Of a DNA stretch of 64,000 nucleotides, positions 39,343 to 48,416 are shown piece by piece (positions within the stretch are counted from its first letter, which is position 1; every line of letters begins with the position of its first letter). This DNA comes from an uncultured Gammaproteobacteria bacterium (lineage in GTDB: Bacteria > Patescibacteriota > Patescibacteriia > Patescibacteriales > UBA12465): positions 10,638 through 74,637 of the forward strand of contig CAYYDR010000001.1 of the NCBI GenBank assembly GCA_964470695.1, read 5' to 3'. Under the pieces are notes generated by a model, which saw only the letters and a list, made by a program, of their open reading frames with translations, did not search any database and was not told the DNA's origin. Both the position numbers and the translations under genes were made by a program.

Positions 39343-39774
39343 ATGTTAATCACTAAAAAGCATTTTATATCCCTGTTTTCGCTTGTTCTGCTATTCTTAG
39401 CTTTATTTGCTTTTTGTCCGGTCCAAGCTGACAATAGCTTGATGACTAGCCAGGAGGGATTTAACAAAATCGGTACGGCTTATGGCAATAGTACCCCATT
39501 AGACATTAGAATAACAGTGGCTCGTATTATTAATGTTGTGCTCGGCTTACTAGGAGTAATTTTCGTGGTTTTAGCGATATTTGCTGGGTTTAAATATATG
39601 ACTTCGGCGGGGAGCGAAGAAAAGACTAAAGAAGCCATGGATATTCTGCGGACGGCGGTTATCGGCCTACTTATAATCTTAATGGCCTGGGCGATTACTA
39701 GATATACCATCCAGGTTATGAATAAGACTGTCAGCAACGCCGTAGACTATACGACTTATAACCCTAATTTTTAA
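39343..39774 (+). CDS. VirB2/TrbC-like pilin candidate
   Basis: 143 aa. Signal peptide ending AQA, then two hydrophobic helices separated by a short charged loop (FAGFKYMTSAGSEEKTKEAMDILRT). This topology is characteristic of T4SS pilins. A terminator hairpin follows at about 39833-39868. Confidence 0.3.
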   Translation: MLITKKHFISLFSLVLLFLALFAFCPVQADNSLMTSQEGFNKIGTAYGNSTPLDIRITVARIINVVLGLLGVIFVVLAIFAGFKYMTSAGSEEKTKEAMDILRTAVIGLLIILMAWAITRYTIQVMNKTVSNAVDYTTYNPNF

Positions 39775-39925
39775 TATCTGGCCGGCCTAGCTCGCCTTTG
39801 ACAAAAATCAGAATTGTGGTATTCTTATAGAAGAAAGCTAGTTGTTAATAACAATTAGCTTTTTCTCTTAATAAATTAGATTTCCCTTTTATCCGGCTAT
39901 CCGGAGGGGCAATAATATTAATAAT

Positions 39926-41287
39926 ATGTCGGAAATCAGTTCGGCTATCAAGCAGCTGTGTGAAGAAAAAAATTTAGATTATAAATCGGTTATTGCGGCC
40001 GTGGAGTTAGCTCTAGCGGCAGCTTATCGCAAGGACTACGGCGAGCGTAATCAGAACATCGTGGTAAAATTTGATCCTAATCTCGGGACCTCACAGATTT
40101 TTGATGTTAAAAAAGTCGTAGAAAATCTCCCGGCTCAGGAAGAGGCGGAGATGTTACAGAACTTATATAATCCTAACCCGAAAGAATTCCATCGTGAAGA
40201 CTTACGCGGCGAAGTGGCGCCTAAAGAAGGAATTGTTGAAGAAGAAAAGAAAAAATTTAACCCTAAAACAGACATCCAGATTAAAGAGGCTGGTATTTTA
40301 AAACATGACGCTCAAGTCGGAGATGAAATATATACAGATTTGCCTATCCCAGAAAGCTATGGCCGTATGGCCGCGCAAACTGCCAAGCAGGTTATTATCC
40401 AGAAGCTGAGAGAAATGGAAAGAGATATGATTTTCGGCGAGTTTAAGAGTAAGGAAAGAGAAGTGGTTTCCGGAATTGTGCAGAGACGCGAAGGCCGTTT
40501 TGTTTTTGTTGATTTAGGTAAAGCGATTGGTCTTTTGCCAGCCGAGGAACAAATTTATAGCGAACGCTATAACCCTAATGATAGAATTAAAGTCTTTATT
40601 AAAGAAGTTAGAGAAGGCCACAAAGGTCCGGAAATAATTTTGTCCCGTCGCAGTGAGGAAATACTACGTAAAATATTTTATTTAGAAATTCCTGAAGTAG
40701 CCAACGGTTTAGTAGAAATAAAAGCCGTGGCGCGCGAAGCCGGGTCTCGCTCTAAAGTCGCTATTTATACCGAAGCCGATAATGTTGATCCAGTCGGTTC
40801 TTGTGTTGGTCAGCGCGGTTCCCGCGTCCAGACTATTATTAGCGAACTGGGTGGTGAAAAAATTGATATTATTGAATATAATGAAGACGCCGAAAAGTTT
40901 ATTGCTAACGCTTTAGCTCCGGCTAAAGTTATGTCTATTGATTTGGATAATGTTGAACATAAAGCGATTGTCAAAGTTAGCTCTGATAAATTATCTTTAG
41001 CGATTGGTAAGGCCGGGCAGAATGTCCGCCTAGCCGCCCGCTTAACTGGCTGGAAAATAGATATTATTGAAGCTTCAGAAGACGGCGAGAAAAAAGTTTT
41101 GGCGGTTGATGAGGAGAGTTTGCAGTTAACCGAAGAAAACGTCGTTATTAAAGAAGCGGTAGAAAGTGAAATAGCCGCTCAGGAAGAAGCGGTGGCAGAA
41201 GTGACGGCAGAAGGCGAAACTACTGATAAGCCAAAAGCTAAAAAAGAAGTTAAAGCTAAAAAAACTAAAAAAGCTAAAAAAGAATAA
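39926..41287 (+). CDS. nusA: Transcription termination/antitermination factor NusA with Lys-rich C-terminal tail
   Basis: 453 aa with S1 and two KH domains (GSCVGQRGSRVQTIISELGGEKIDIIEY). The tail is KPKAKKEVKAKKTKKAKKE. Confidence 0.9.
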   Translation: MSEISSAIKQLCEEKNLDYKSVIAAVELALAAAYRKDYGERNQNIVVKFDPNLGTSQIFDVKKVVENLPAQEEAEMLQNLYNPNPKEFHREDLRGEVAPKEGIVEEEKKKFNPKTDIQIKEAGILKHDAQVGDEIYTDLPIPESYGRMAAQTAKQVIIQKLREMERDMIFGEFKSKEREVVSGIVQRREGRFVFVDLGKAIGLLPAEEQIYSERYNPNDRIKVFIKEVREGHKGPEIILSRRSEEILRKIFYLEIPEVANGLVEIKAVAREAGSRSKVAIYTEADNVDPVGSCVGQRGSRVQTIISELGGEKIDIIEYNEDAEKFIANALAPAKVMSIDLDNVEHKAIVKVSSDKLSLAIGKAGQNVRLAARLTGWKIDIIEASEDGEKKVLAVDEESLQLTEENVVIKEAVESEIAAQEEAVAEVTAEGETTDKPKAKKEVKAKKTKKAKKE

Positions 41288-41327
41288 TAAATAAATTCCC
41301 ATCGGGAAAATTATTAATTTTACATTT

Positions 41328-43337
41328 ATGCTCAGTAACCTACTCATTATCGGAAGCGCTCTCGTTGCCCTTGTTTACGGCGCGATTGTTATCGCTTCAA
41401 TCTTACGTTTACCAGAAGGTAACGACAAGATGAAAGAAATCGCTTCGGCTATTCAGGCCGGTGCTAAAGCCTTTTTAAACCGACAGTATAAATCAGTCGG
41501 TTTAGTGGCGGTTATTCTCTTCTTAATTATTGGTTTTGTGCCAGAACTAGGCTGGATGACGGCACTCGCTTTCTTAATTGGTGCGGCTTTATCGGCTTTA
41601 ACTGGTTATATCGGTATGTATGTCAGCGTGCGCGCTAATGTCCGCACGACCGAAGCGGCACGCGGCGGTTTAGCTAAAGCGCTTGATGTCGCGGTTAAGG
41701 GCGGCAGCGTTACCGGCATGTTAGTAGTTGGCTTAGCTCTCTTAGGAACTTCCGCTTTTTATTTCTTAACCGGCGATTTACATGCTTTGATTGGCTTTGC
41801 TTTCGGCGGTTCTTTAATTTCTATTTTTGCTCGTTTAGGCGGCGGTATTTATACTAAGGCCGCGGACGTCGGCGCTGATTTAGTCGGAAAAGTAGAAGCT
41901 AATATTCCGGAAGATGATCCTCGTAATCCAGCCGTTATCGCTGATAATGTCGGTGATAATGTTGGTGATTGCGCGGGCATGGCGGCGGACTTATTTGAAA
42001 CTTATTCGGTTACTTCTATTGCCGCGATGGTTTTAGGCAGTCTAAGTTTCGCGACTAATACTAATATTATTATTTACCCGTTAGTGCTAGGAGCGGTTTC
42101 TATTATTGCTTCCATTATCGGTATTTTCTTTATTCGTTTAGGCAAGAGCAATAATATCATGAACGCTTTGTATAAAGGTTTAATTGCGGCGGGTGTTTTA
42201 TCAGCCATTGCTTTCTATCCGATTACTAAATACATGATAGCGGGTGATTTAAGTATAAAAATTTATTTATCTAGTTTAATCGGTTTAGCCGTTACTGGTT
42301 TATTAGTAGTTATTACCGAGTACTATACCTCTACTAAATATAAGCCAGTTAAAGATATTGCTGAAGCCTCTAGAACCGGGAGCGGCACTAATGTTATTGC
42401 TGGTTTAGCAGTTTCTATGAAGTCTACGGCTTGGCCGGTTGTCGTTATTTGTTTAGCAATTCTTGGTGCCTTCTCTTTAGCTGGTTTATACGGCATCGCA
42501 GTTGCGGCCATGGCCATGTTATCAATGGCCGGAATTATTGTTACTATTGATGCTTATGGTCCGATTACTGATAACGCGGGCGGTATTGCGGAAATGGCTG
42601 AGCTCGGTGAAGATGTCCGTAACGTAACGGATCCGCTTGATGCGGTTGGTAATACTACTAAAGCAGTAACTAAGGGTTATGCGATTGGTTCCGCGGCTTT
42701 AGCGGCCTTAGTTCTGTTCGCTGATTTTACTTATAAGATAAAAGCCTCTGGCGGCAGCGCGCAATTCTTAATTGATAATCCTTATGTTTTAATCGGCCTA
42801 TTTATTGGCGGATTATTACCATATTTATTCGGGGCTATGGCTATGAAAGCGGTTGGCCGCGCGGCTGGTTCAGTCGTTGAAGATGTCCGCGCGCAGTTTA
42901 AAGAGAAAACTGGTATCATGAATGGTACAGAAAAACCAGACTATGGTCGCACCGTTGATATCGTAACTAAGGCGGCCATTAAAGAAATGATTATTCCAGC
43001 CCTGATTCCGGTCGTTACTCCTATCGTAGTTGGTTTTGGTTTTAATATGCTAGGCGCGGGTCGCGGTTTAGAAGCTTTAGGCGGATTATTAGTTGGCTCT
43101 ATTATTACCGGTATCTTTGTCGCTGTCTCTATGACTTCTGGTGGCGGCGCTTGGGATAATGCTAAGAAATATATTGAAGCGGGAAACTTCGGTGGCAAGG
43201 GCTCGGACGCTCATAAGGCGGCAGTTACCGGGGACACAGTCGGCGATCCTTATAAAGATACGGCTGGCCCAGCGATTAACCCGATGATTAAGGTCCTAAA
43301 TATTGTGGCCCTACTCATTGTCGGATTACTACTCTAA
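41328..43337 (+). CDS. hppA: Membrane-bound proton-translocating pyrophosphatase, K+-independent type
   Basis: 669 aa. [21 protein letters not shown] is present, and [16 protein letters not shown] has Lys at the position that distinguishes K+-independent H+-PPases. Terminator at 43353-43385. Confidence 0.9.
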   Translation: MLSNLLIIGSALVALVYGAIVIASILRLPEGNDKMKEIASAIQAGAKAFLNRQYKSVGLVAVILFLIIGFVPELGWMTALAFLIGAALSALTGYIGMYVSVRANVRTTEAARGGLAKALDVAVKGGSVTGMLVVGLALLGTSAFYFLTGDLHALIGFAFGGSLISIFARLGGGIYTKAADVGADLVGKVEANIPEDDPRNPAVIADNVGDNVGDCAGMAADLFETYSVTSIAAMVLGSLSFATNTNIIIYPLVLGAVSIIASIIGIFFIRLGKSNNIMNALYKGLIAAGVLSAIAFYPITKYMIAGDLSIKIYLSSLIGLAVTGLLVVITEYYTSTKYKPVKDIAEASRTGSGTNVIAGLAVSMKSTAWPVVVICLAILGAFSLAGLYGIAVAAMAMLSMAGIIVTIDAYGPITDNAGGIAEMAELGEDVRNVTDPLDAVGNTTKAVTKGYAIGSAALAALVLFADFTYKIKASGGSAQFLIDNPYVLIGLFIGGLLPYLFGAMAMKAVGRAAGSVVEDVRAQFKEKTGIMNGTEKPDYGRTVDIVTKAAIKEMIIPALIPVVTPIVVGFGFNMLGAGRGLEALGGLLVGSIITGIFVAVSMTSGGGAWDNAKKYIEAGNFGGKGSDAHKAAVTGDTVGDPYKDTAGPAINPMIKVLNIVALLIVGLLL

Positions 43338-43401
43338 TAAAATAGTTAAGTTACAAAAAATACTTCTAACGAAGTATTTTTTGCTTTTAGACTAATTATT
43401 T

Positions 43402-44085
43402 ATGAAATATAATGACAATAATGTCCTGGTTAGCATTGCTGGTCGCGGTGAAAAAGTTTTGCTGGCTAAAATAAAGGAAATTAACCAGCGTAAAATTACT
43501 CGCGTCGCTTTATTTTTAACCATGGCTGATAAGACCGAGAGAAGGCATATCTATCAGGCTTTGTTAAAATCAACTATTAAAGAAATTCCTTTTGTGCATT
43601 TGCGTAATGATATTAGTGCCGCGGAAGTCGCCTGGTTAGAAAAGAATTTTCAGCCCCGCTATTATAATATTCATGAGAATGGTTTTAATTATTTGCATAA
43701 ATGGATTAGTATTAAGAAAAAAATATATTTAGAATTAGCAGGGCACGAGAAGCGCAACCCAGAAGCGAGAATAGAAAAGATAGGCGGATTCTGTGTTGAC
43801 TTAGCTCATTATAAAATGGGCGAAGTGAGACAGTCGGATCAGTTCAAATATCATTTATCAAAGAAGAAGAATAAAGCGGCTTTTGTCTGCAACCATTTAA
43901 ACGGCTATGACGCTAAGCATAATACTTGTATCCATGAAGTTAGCCGCTTGTCAGATTTTTCTTATTTAAAAGGATTGCCAAATTTTATTTTTGGCCGGCT
44001 TATCGCCTTAGAGCTAGAAAATCCTATTAAAGAGCAATTAGTCTGGCGGAAGAAATTGTTGTTAATTTTGAATAATAGGGCTTGA
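43402..44085 (+). CDS. Hypothetical protein
   Basis: 227 aa with no recognised family. Has Cys/His pairs (CNHLNGYDAKHNTCIHE). Confidence 0.4.
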   Translation: MKYNDNNVLVSIAGRGEKVLLAKIKEINQRKITRVALFLTMADKTERRHIYQALLKSTIKEIPFVHLRNDISAAEVAWLEKNFQPRYYNIHENGFNYLHKWISIKKKIYLELAGHEKRNPEARIEKIGGFCVDLAHYKMGEVRQSDQFKYHLSKKKNKAAFVCNHLNGYDAKHNTCIHEVSRLSDFSYLKGLPNFIFGRLIALELENPIKEQLVWRKKLLLILNNRA

Positions 44086-44164
44086 TTTGTATTGACAAAT
44101 AGTTATGATAAGTTAAAATAATTTATTAATTAATCGTTTTTTCACAACTTAATAAGGGAAAATA

Positions 44165-44641
44165 ATGAAAAGGAAGAAAGATAATTTTATTGATTCTGTG
44201 CTATTGGCAGCTAAAAAATTAGACATTGATTTAGAAAGCGGATTATACGGATGCCACCGCGGGCTAGACTGTGGTAATGTTGGCTGTTTGTATCGTGCAG
44301 TATTTTCTAAATTGCCGGTTATTGTTATAGCACAAGAGTGTACCGATACGGGATTTTTAATTAAGGCAGTCATATCTTTATTTCCAAGAAAAGGCATGTC
44401 GTCTTTAACTAAAGAGGAAAAAAAGCTGAAGACCTTCTATTTATATTTTAAAGAAGATGATTACGCTTATCTTGATCAAGATTCAAAACATTTTTTTGAA
44501 AAGTTCAAAAAGGGTAAACCGTTCTTTGAGGGCAATTGGCAGGAGGTAATGGTTAAGACGGCTGGCATTTTGCAGGGGTCTCCTAACAGCACTCCGAAAC
44601 AAGAGAAATTTATCAAGGCGATATCAGCCATAAAGCCATAA
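44165..44641 (+). CDS. Hypothetical protein with CxxxxxC...C cluster
   Basis: 158 aa. Contains CHRGLDCGNVGC. A terminator follows (gggcgg...ccgccc tttttt at 44641-44680). Confidence 0.4.
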   Translation: MKRKKDNFIDSVLLAAKKLDIDLESGLYGCHRGLDCGNVGCLYRAVFSKLPVIVIAQECTDTGFLIKAVISLFPRKGMSSLTKEEKKLKTFYLYFKEDDYAYLDQDSKHFFEKFKKGKPFFEGNWQEVMVKTAGILQGSPNSTPKQEKFIKAISAIKP

Positions 44642-44773
44642 AAGGCGAGGGGCGGCTTTAAAGTCCGCCCTTTTTTATTTGCCTTGATTTTTCCCGAAAA
44701 AATGCTAAGATAATATTAATTAATCAATTACAAAAGCCGGCTAAAACCGGCTTCTACTAACTAAATAGCTATT

Positions 44774-46084
44774 ATGCAAGTAAGTAAAAAAGATCTGGAT
44801 AAATCACAGATAGAGCTGACGGTTGAACTGTCGGCCGAAGAACTAGCGCCTTATATTGAAAAAGGGGCGCAAAAAGTTTCTGAAGAGGTTAAAATTGAAG
44901 GCTTCCGTCCCGGCAAAGTTCCGTATGATGTTTTAAAACAGAAAATAGGGGAAATGACTATTTTGGAAGAAGCGGCTAATATCGCGATTAGAAAAACAAT
45001 TGATGAAGTGATTGAAAAAAATACTATGGAGCGCCAGGCCATTGGCCAGCCCCAGGTTAATGTTACAAAACTCGCGCCTAATAATCCTTTAGAATACAAA
45101 GTTGTTTTATCTCTTCTCCCGACAGTCGCTTTAGGAAAATATAAGGGTTTAAATATTAAAGTTGAGGAGGCTAAATTAGAGAAGGGTGAACTTGATAAGG
45201 CTATTAACGAGTTAAGAGAAATGCGTGCTCAAGAAAAAGTCGCGGATAGAGCCGCGGAAATGGGCGATAAGATTACTGTTAATATAAAAATGTTTTTGGA
45301 TAAAGTTCCGGTTGAAGACGGCGAGCATAAAGACTTGGCGATTATGTTAGGTAAGGATTATTTTGTGCCGGGCTTTGATAAAAAGTTAGTCGGCATGAAA
45401 AAAGATGAGGAAAGAAAATTTGAATTGCCTTATCCCGAGAATCATCATTTAAAAAATTTAGCCGGAAAGATGGTAGAGTTTGAGGTAATAGCTAAAGAAG
45501 TGTATAGCCGAGAACTGCCGGAATTAAATGATGAATTCGCTACTTTTTTCCGCATGAAAGATTTAGCTGAGCTCAAGAAAAATTTAGAAGAAAGTATTTT
45601 ACACGAGAGAAAGCATAAGATTGAAGCTAAGAATGAAGCAGAAATTGTCACTAAGATAATTGATGATACTAAATTCGGTGATTTGCCAGAAGTAATGGTC
45701 CAGAGCGAGCTAAAAAATATGCTAGCCGAATTAGAGCAGAGCGTCGTCCGCCAGGGAGGGAAGTTTGACGATTATTTACAGCATTTGAAAAAAGATAGAG
45801 CGGGACTCATGCTAGAAATGTCGCCTAACGCCGTTAAGCGCGTTAAGTCGGCCATGGTAGTTAGAGAAATTGCGATAGTAGAGAAAATAGCGGCAGGAGA
45901 AAAAGAAATAGCCGATAAGATAGAAGACCTTAAAAAGGAATATGCCAACAATAAGGAGGTTCTAAAAATGTTAGGAGAACATGGCTATGCCCATTATTTA
46001 CAAAACGTTTTAACTAATGAAAAAGTAATCAGTAAGCTTAAAGAATGGAATTATGCCCCAGTTAGCCCAGAACAGAAAAGCTAA
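44774..46084 (+). CDS. tig: Trigger factor
   Basis: 436 aa with N-terminal ribosome-binding domain (GFRPGKVP), PPIase-like middle domain and C-terminal arm. Confidence 0.85.
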   Translation: MQVSKKDLDKSQIELTVELSAEELAPYIEKGAQKVSEEVKIEGFRPGKVPYDVLKQKIGEMTILEEAANIAIRKTIDEVIEKNTMERQAIGQPQVNVTKLAPNNPLEYKVVLSLLPTVALGKYKGLNIKVEEAKLEKGELDKAINELREMRAQEKVADRAAEMGDKITVNIKMFLDKVPVEDGEHKDLAIMLGKDYFVPGFDKKLVGMKKDEERKFELPYPENHHLKNLAGKMVEFEVIAKEVYSRELPELNDEFATFFRMKDLAELKKNLEESILHERKHKIEAKNEAEIVTKIIDDTKFGDLPEVMVQSELKNMLAELEQSVVRQGGKFDDYLQHLKKDRAGLMLEMSPNAVKRVKSAMVVREIAIVEKIAAGEKEIADKIEDLKKEYANNKEVLKMLGEHGYAHYLQNVLTNEKVISKLKEWNYAPVSPEQKS

Positions 46085-46511
46085 TTTTGACTATGAGATC
46101 CTGGATAAATATGAAGCCGGGCTGGTTTTGTATGGGCACGAGGTTAAGGCGGTTAAAGCGGGCCAGGTGAGCCTTAAAGGAAGCTTTATCTCGGTTAGGA
46201 CTAAAGACGGTAAAACCGAGCTATATCTCGTAGGCTGCCAAATTTCGCCCTATAAGCAGGCCGGGCCTATGCCTGACTATAATCAGACTAGAGAACGTAA
46301 ATTATTGCTTAATCGTCGCGAAATAAGCCATCTTTTAGGGAAACGGCAAACCGAGGGCTTGACACTAATACCACTCAAAATATATACTAATCATAGTTTT
46401 CTGAAGCTGGAATTCGCGATTGCCCGCGGCAAGAAGCAATATGATAAAAGAGAGTCTATTAAGAAGCGGGAATTAGATCGGAGTTTGCGGTCTTTAACAA
46501 AGAGGAAATAG
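46053..46511 (+). CDS. smpB: SsrA-binding protein
   Basis: 152 aa. ANFDYEILDKYEAGLVLYGHEVKA and LLLNRREISHLLGK are present. Overlaps the tig 3' end. Confidence 0.9.
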   Translation: MPQLAQNRKANFDYEILDKYEAGLVLYGHEVKAVKAGQVSLKGSFISVRTKDGKTELYLVGCQISPYKQAGPMPDYNQTRERKLLLNRREISHLLGKRQTEGLTLIPLKIYTNHSFLKLEFAIARGKKQYDKRESIKKRELDRSLRSLTKRK

Positions 46512-46897
46512 GGGGATGTCAGGCATCGACAGCTGGAATTCTTCTAAATATTCAAGACGCGCTTAGCTACTCGCGTTAAACTGACTAAAAAAACACAAAT
46601 GCCAAAACGGCAAGAGCTTTCACTTGGTTAACTCCAAGTTATGCTCCAGTTATGGCCTAATTAATAAGGCGATAACCATCGGACGCGGCCAGTCTTCATA
46701 ACCGTCTTCCGGTGTCATAAACATGAAGATAGATATTGACTGCTCCTTCCGGGCAATATCAAACTAATAGAAGGATCGTTTCAATCGCTTTTCGTTTGGT
46801 TTTTGATGGTTGAGGCTAAAAAATAAAATCAATCTACTCTTGTAAATGTATTTAGACGAGCCAACTGGACATGGGTTCAAATCCCATCATCTCCACC
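46512..46897 (+). ncRNA. ssrA: tmRNA (ssrA)
   Basis: Starts GGGGAUGUCAGGCAUCGACAG directly after the smpB stop. The 3' end has a tRNA-like T-arm (atggg-ttcaaat-cccat) and acceptor strand catctcc-a-cc. The acceptor helix ggggatg/catctcc contains G3.U70 (alanine identity). A candidate tag ORF starts with GCC at about nt 90 (46601-46660). Confidence 0.7.
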
Positions 46898-46911
46898 GAA
46901 TAATGAAATAA

Positions 46912-46995
46912 GCCGCGGTGGCGGAACTGGTAGACGCGCTGGACTTAAAATCCAGTTGTAGCGATACAGTGCGGGTTCGATTCCCGCCCGCGGCA
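46912..46995 (+). tRNA. tRNA-Leu, anticodon UAA
   Basis: Acceptor gccgcgg/ccgcggc, anticodon stem ctgga/tccag with loop cttaaaa (anticodon TAA), long variable arm, T-arm gcggg-ttcgatt-cccgc. Confidence 0.8.
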
Positions 46996-47016
46996 CACCA
47001 GTTTTAAAAGTAAATT

Positions 47017-47088
47017 GCGGGTATCGTATAGTGGTTATTATGCGACCTTGCCAAGGTCGAGAGACGGGTTCGATTCCCGTTACCCGCT
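47017..47088 (+). tRNA. tRNA-Gly, anticodon GCC
   Basis: Acceptor gcgggta/tacccgc, anticodon stem cgacc/ggtcg with loop ttgccaa (anticodon GCC), T-arm acggg-ttcgatt-cccgt. Confidence 0.85.
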
Positions 47089-47127
47089 CACAAAACAGAA
47101 GCAGTCCGAAAGGGCTGTTTTTGTTTT
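47073..47127 (+). repeat. Left direct repeat: tRNA-Gly 3' end plus terminator-like hairpin (candidate attL)
   Basis: attcccgttacccgctcacaaaacaga (47073-47099) is repeated exactly at 50778-50804. It is followed by the hairpin cagtcc-gaaa-gggctg plus a T-run. Confidence 0.7.
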
Positions 47128-47487
47128 GTATTAGCAGGGATACTAACGTTAACAGGAATTAAATCCGTCATTATGTTCATCGTTAAATGATAAAGTTACT
47201 TTTTGGGAGGCTCTGACAAAAAGCGCTAAGGGTTTTGAAAAATGGTTTAATGTTTTTGTAAATGGGATTTCAATAATTGCATTTTTTATTATAACTCTCT
47301 CAATACTTTATTGTCTTGTTTATCTTTTATACAAATTAGCCCATATTTTTATATAGAAGTTCGTAAAGTTTATATATCACTAATAGAAAATAAAGCATGA
47401 ATTTGCTTTATTTTTGTTTGACATATTGGATGAATAATTGTAATCTTGAAGTATTTAGATTAATCCTTAACCTATTAAAGGAAATAT

Positions 47488-48300
47488 ATGTACCTAGAGA
47501 GCATTATTAATTTGTTTTATTCATGGCAAGCTCTGATCGGGTCTTTTATTGGTGCGGCAGCGCCTCTCGTTATTTGGTTTTTTATTCAAAGACATGAAAA
47601 TATAAAAAAAAGGAAAGACAATCTTTATTATCTAGAAAGATTATTGGTTTTTAATATAAATTTGGTTGGAGACACATACAGAACGGTAAATAAATTTATT
47701 AATGAAAATTTACAATTTTTAATGGACAATGTTCAAAGTCATATTATTGATAAGAAATATTCGTTAGATGGAACTTTTTTCCCGCTATTTCTGTCAAAAT
47801 TTGTTGATAAAAATATGTTACGCTTGAATACCGGCAGTAGTTATTTGGACAACAAGTTAAATCAGGTGCAACATATGTCAGAAAATTTTTCGGCTGGGAT
47901 TAACGACTTAAGATATCAGTTTAGAGAATTAGTGAACAATAATAGGGTCATGGTGGTAGAAAAAATGAATGATCCGGATGTACAATCTTATATCTATAAA
48001 AAAAATTTGGAAGAATTTGTTGCGGCTACTAGAAGAGATTTATTAGAAATAAACATTATTAGTTATCTGAAATTTTTAATAAAAGTTAGGGCTGCGGCTA
48101 TATTTTATAAAAAAATCGGTAATCTAAAGTGGCAAATGAAGTTTTCGCCTAGGTATAGATTTTTTTTGAGCAGAAAAAAATATGAAGAGAGTTTAGATTC
48201 GATTCATGATAATATAGATAAATATTTTGATGAAGAAGCTGAAAAAGAATTTCAACTTATTTTAACTCAACTGGAGAAGCCAGAAATTAAAAGAAAATGA
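47488..48300 (+). CDS. Hypothetical membrane-anchored protein (island cargo; upstream partner of the KAP NTPase)
   Basis: 270 aa. N-terminal TM helix (LIGSFIGAAAPLVIWFFI), then a predicted helical cytoplasmic domain with no recognised motif. A promoter-like TTGACA lies at 47418-47423. Confidence 0.4.
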   Translation: MYLESIINLFYSWQALIGSFIGAAAPLVIWFFIQRHENIKKRKDNLYYLERLLVFNINLVGDTYRTVNKFINENLQFLMDNVQSHIIDKKYSLDGTFFPLFLSKFVDKNMLRLNTGSSYLDNKLNQVQHMSENFSAGINDLRYQFRELVNNNRVMVVEKMNDPDVQSYIYKKNLEEFVAATRRDLLEINIISYLKFLIKVRAAAIFYKKIGNLKWQMKFSPRYRFFLSRKKYEESLDSIHDNIDKYFDEEAEKEFQLILTQLEKPEIKRK

Positions 48301-48416
48301 TTATTAGATAATTTTATGTTTTCTAAAATTTGGTAGGGTTGTTTGATAATTGTGCTAATTTTTAATAAATAGACCGCTAGCTTATTAAAGCGTATAAACG
48401 ATTAATTTTAATATAT

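Noticed and set aside
41126-41347. 73-aa Phe-rich minus-strand ORF
   Set aside because: It is antisense to the Lys/Glu-rich NusA tail. GAA/AAA-rich DNA reads as TTT/TTC on the opposite strand, which is an artefact.
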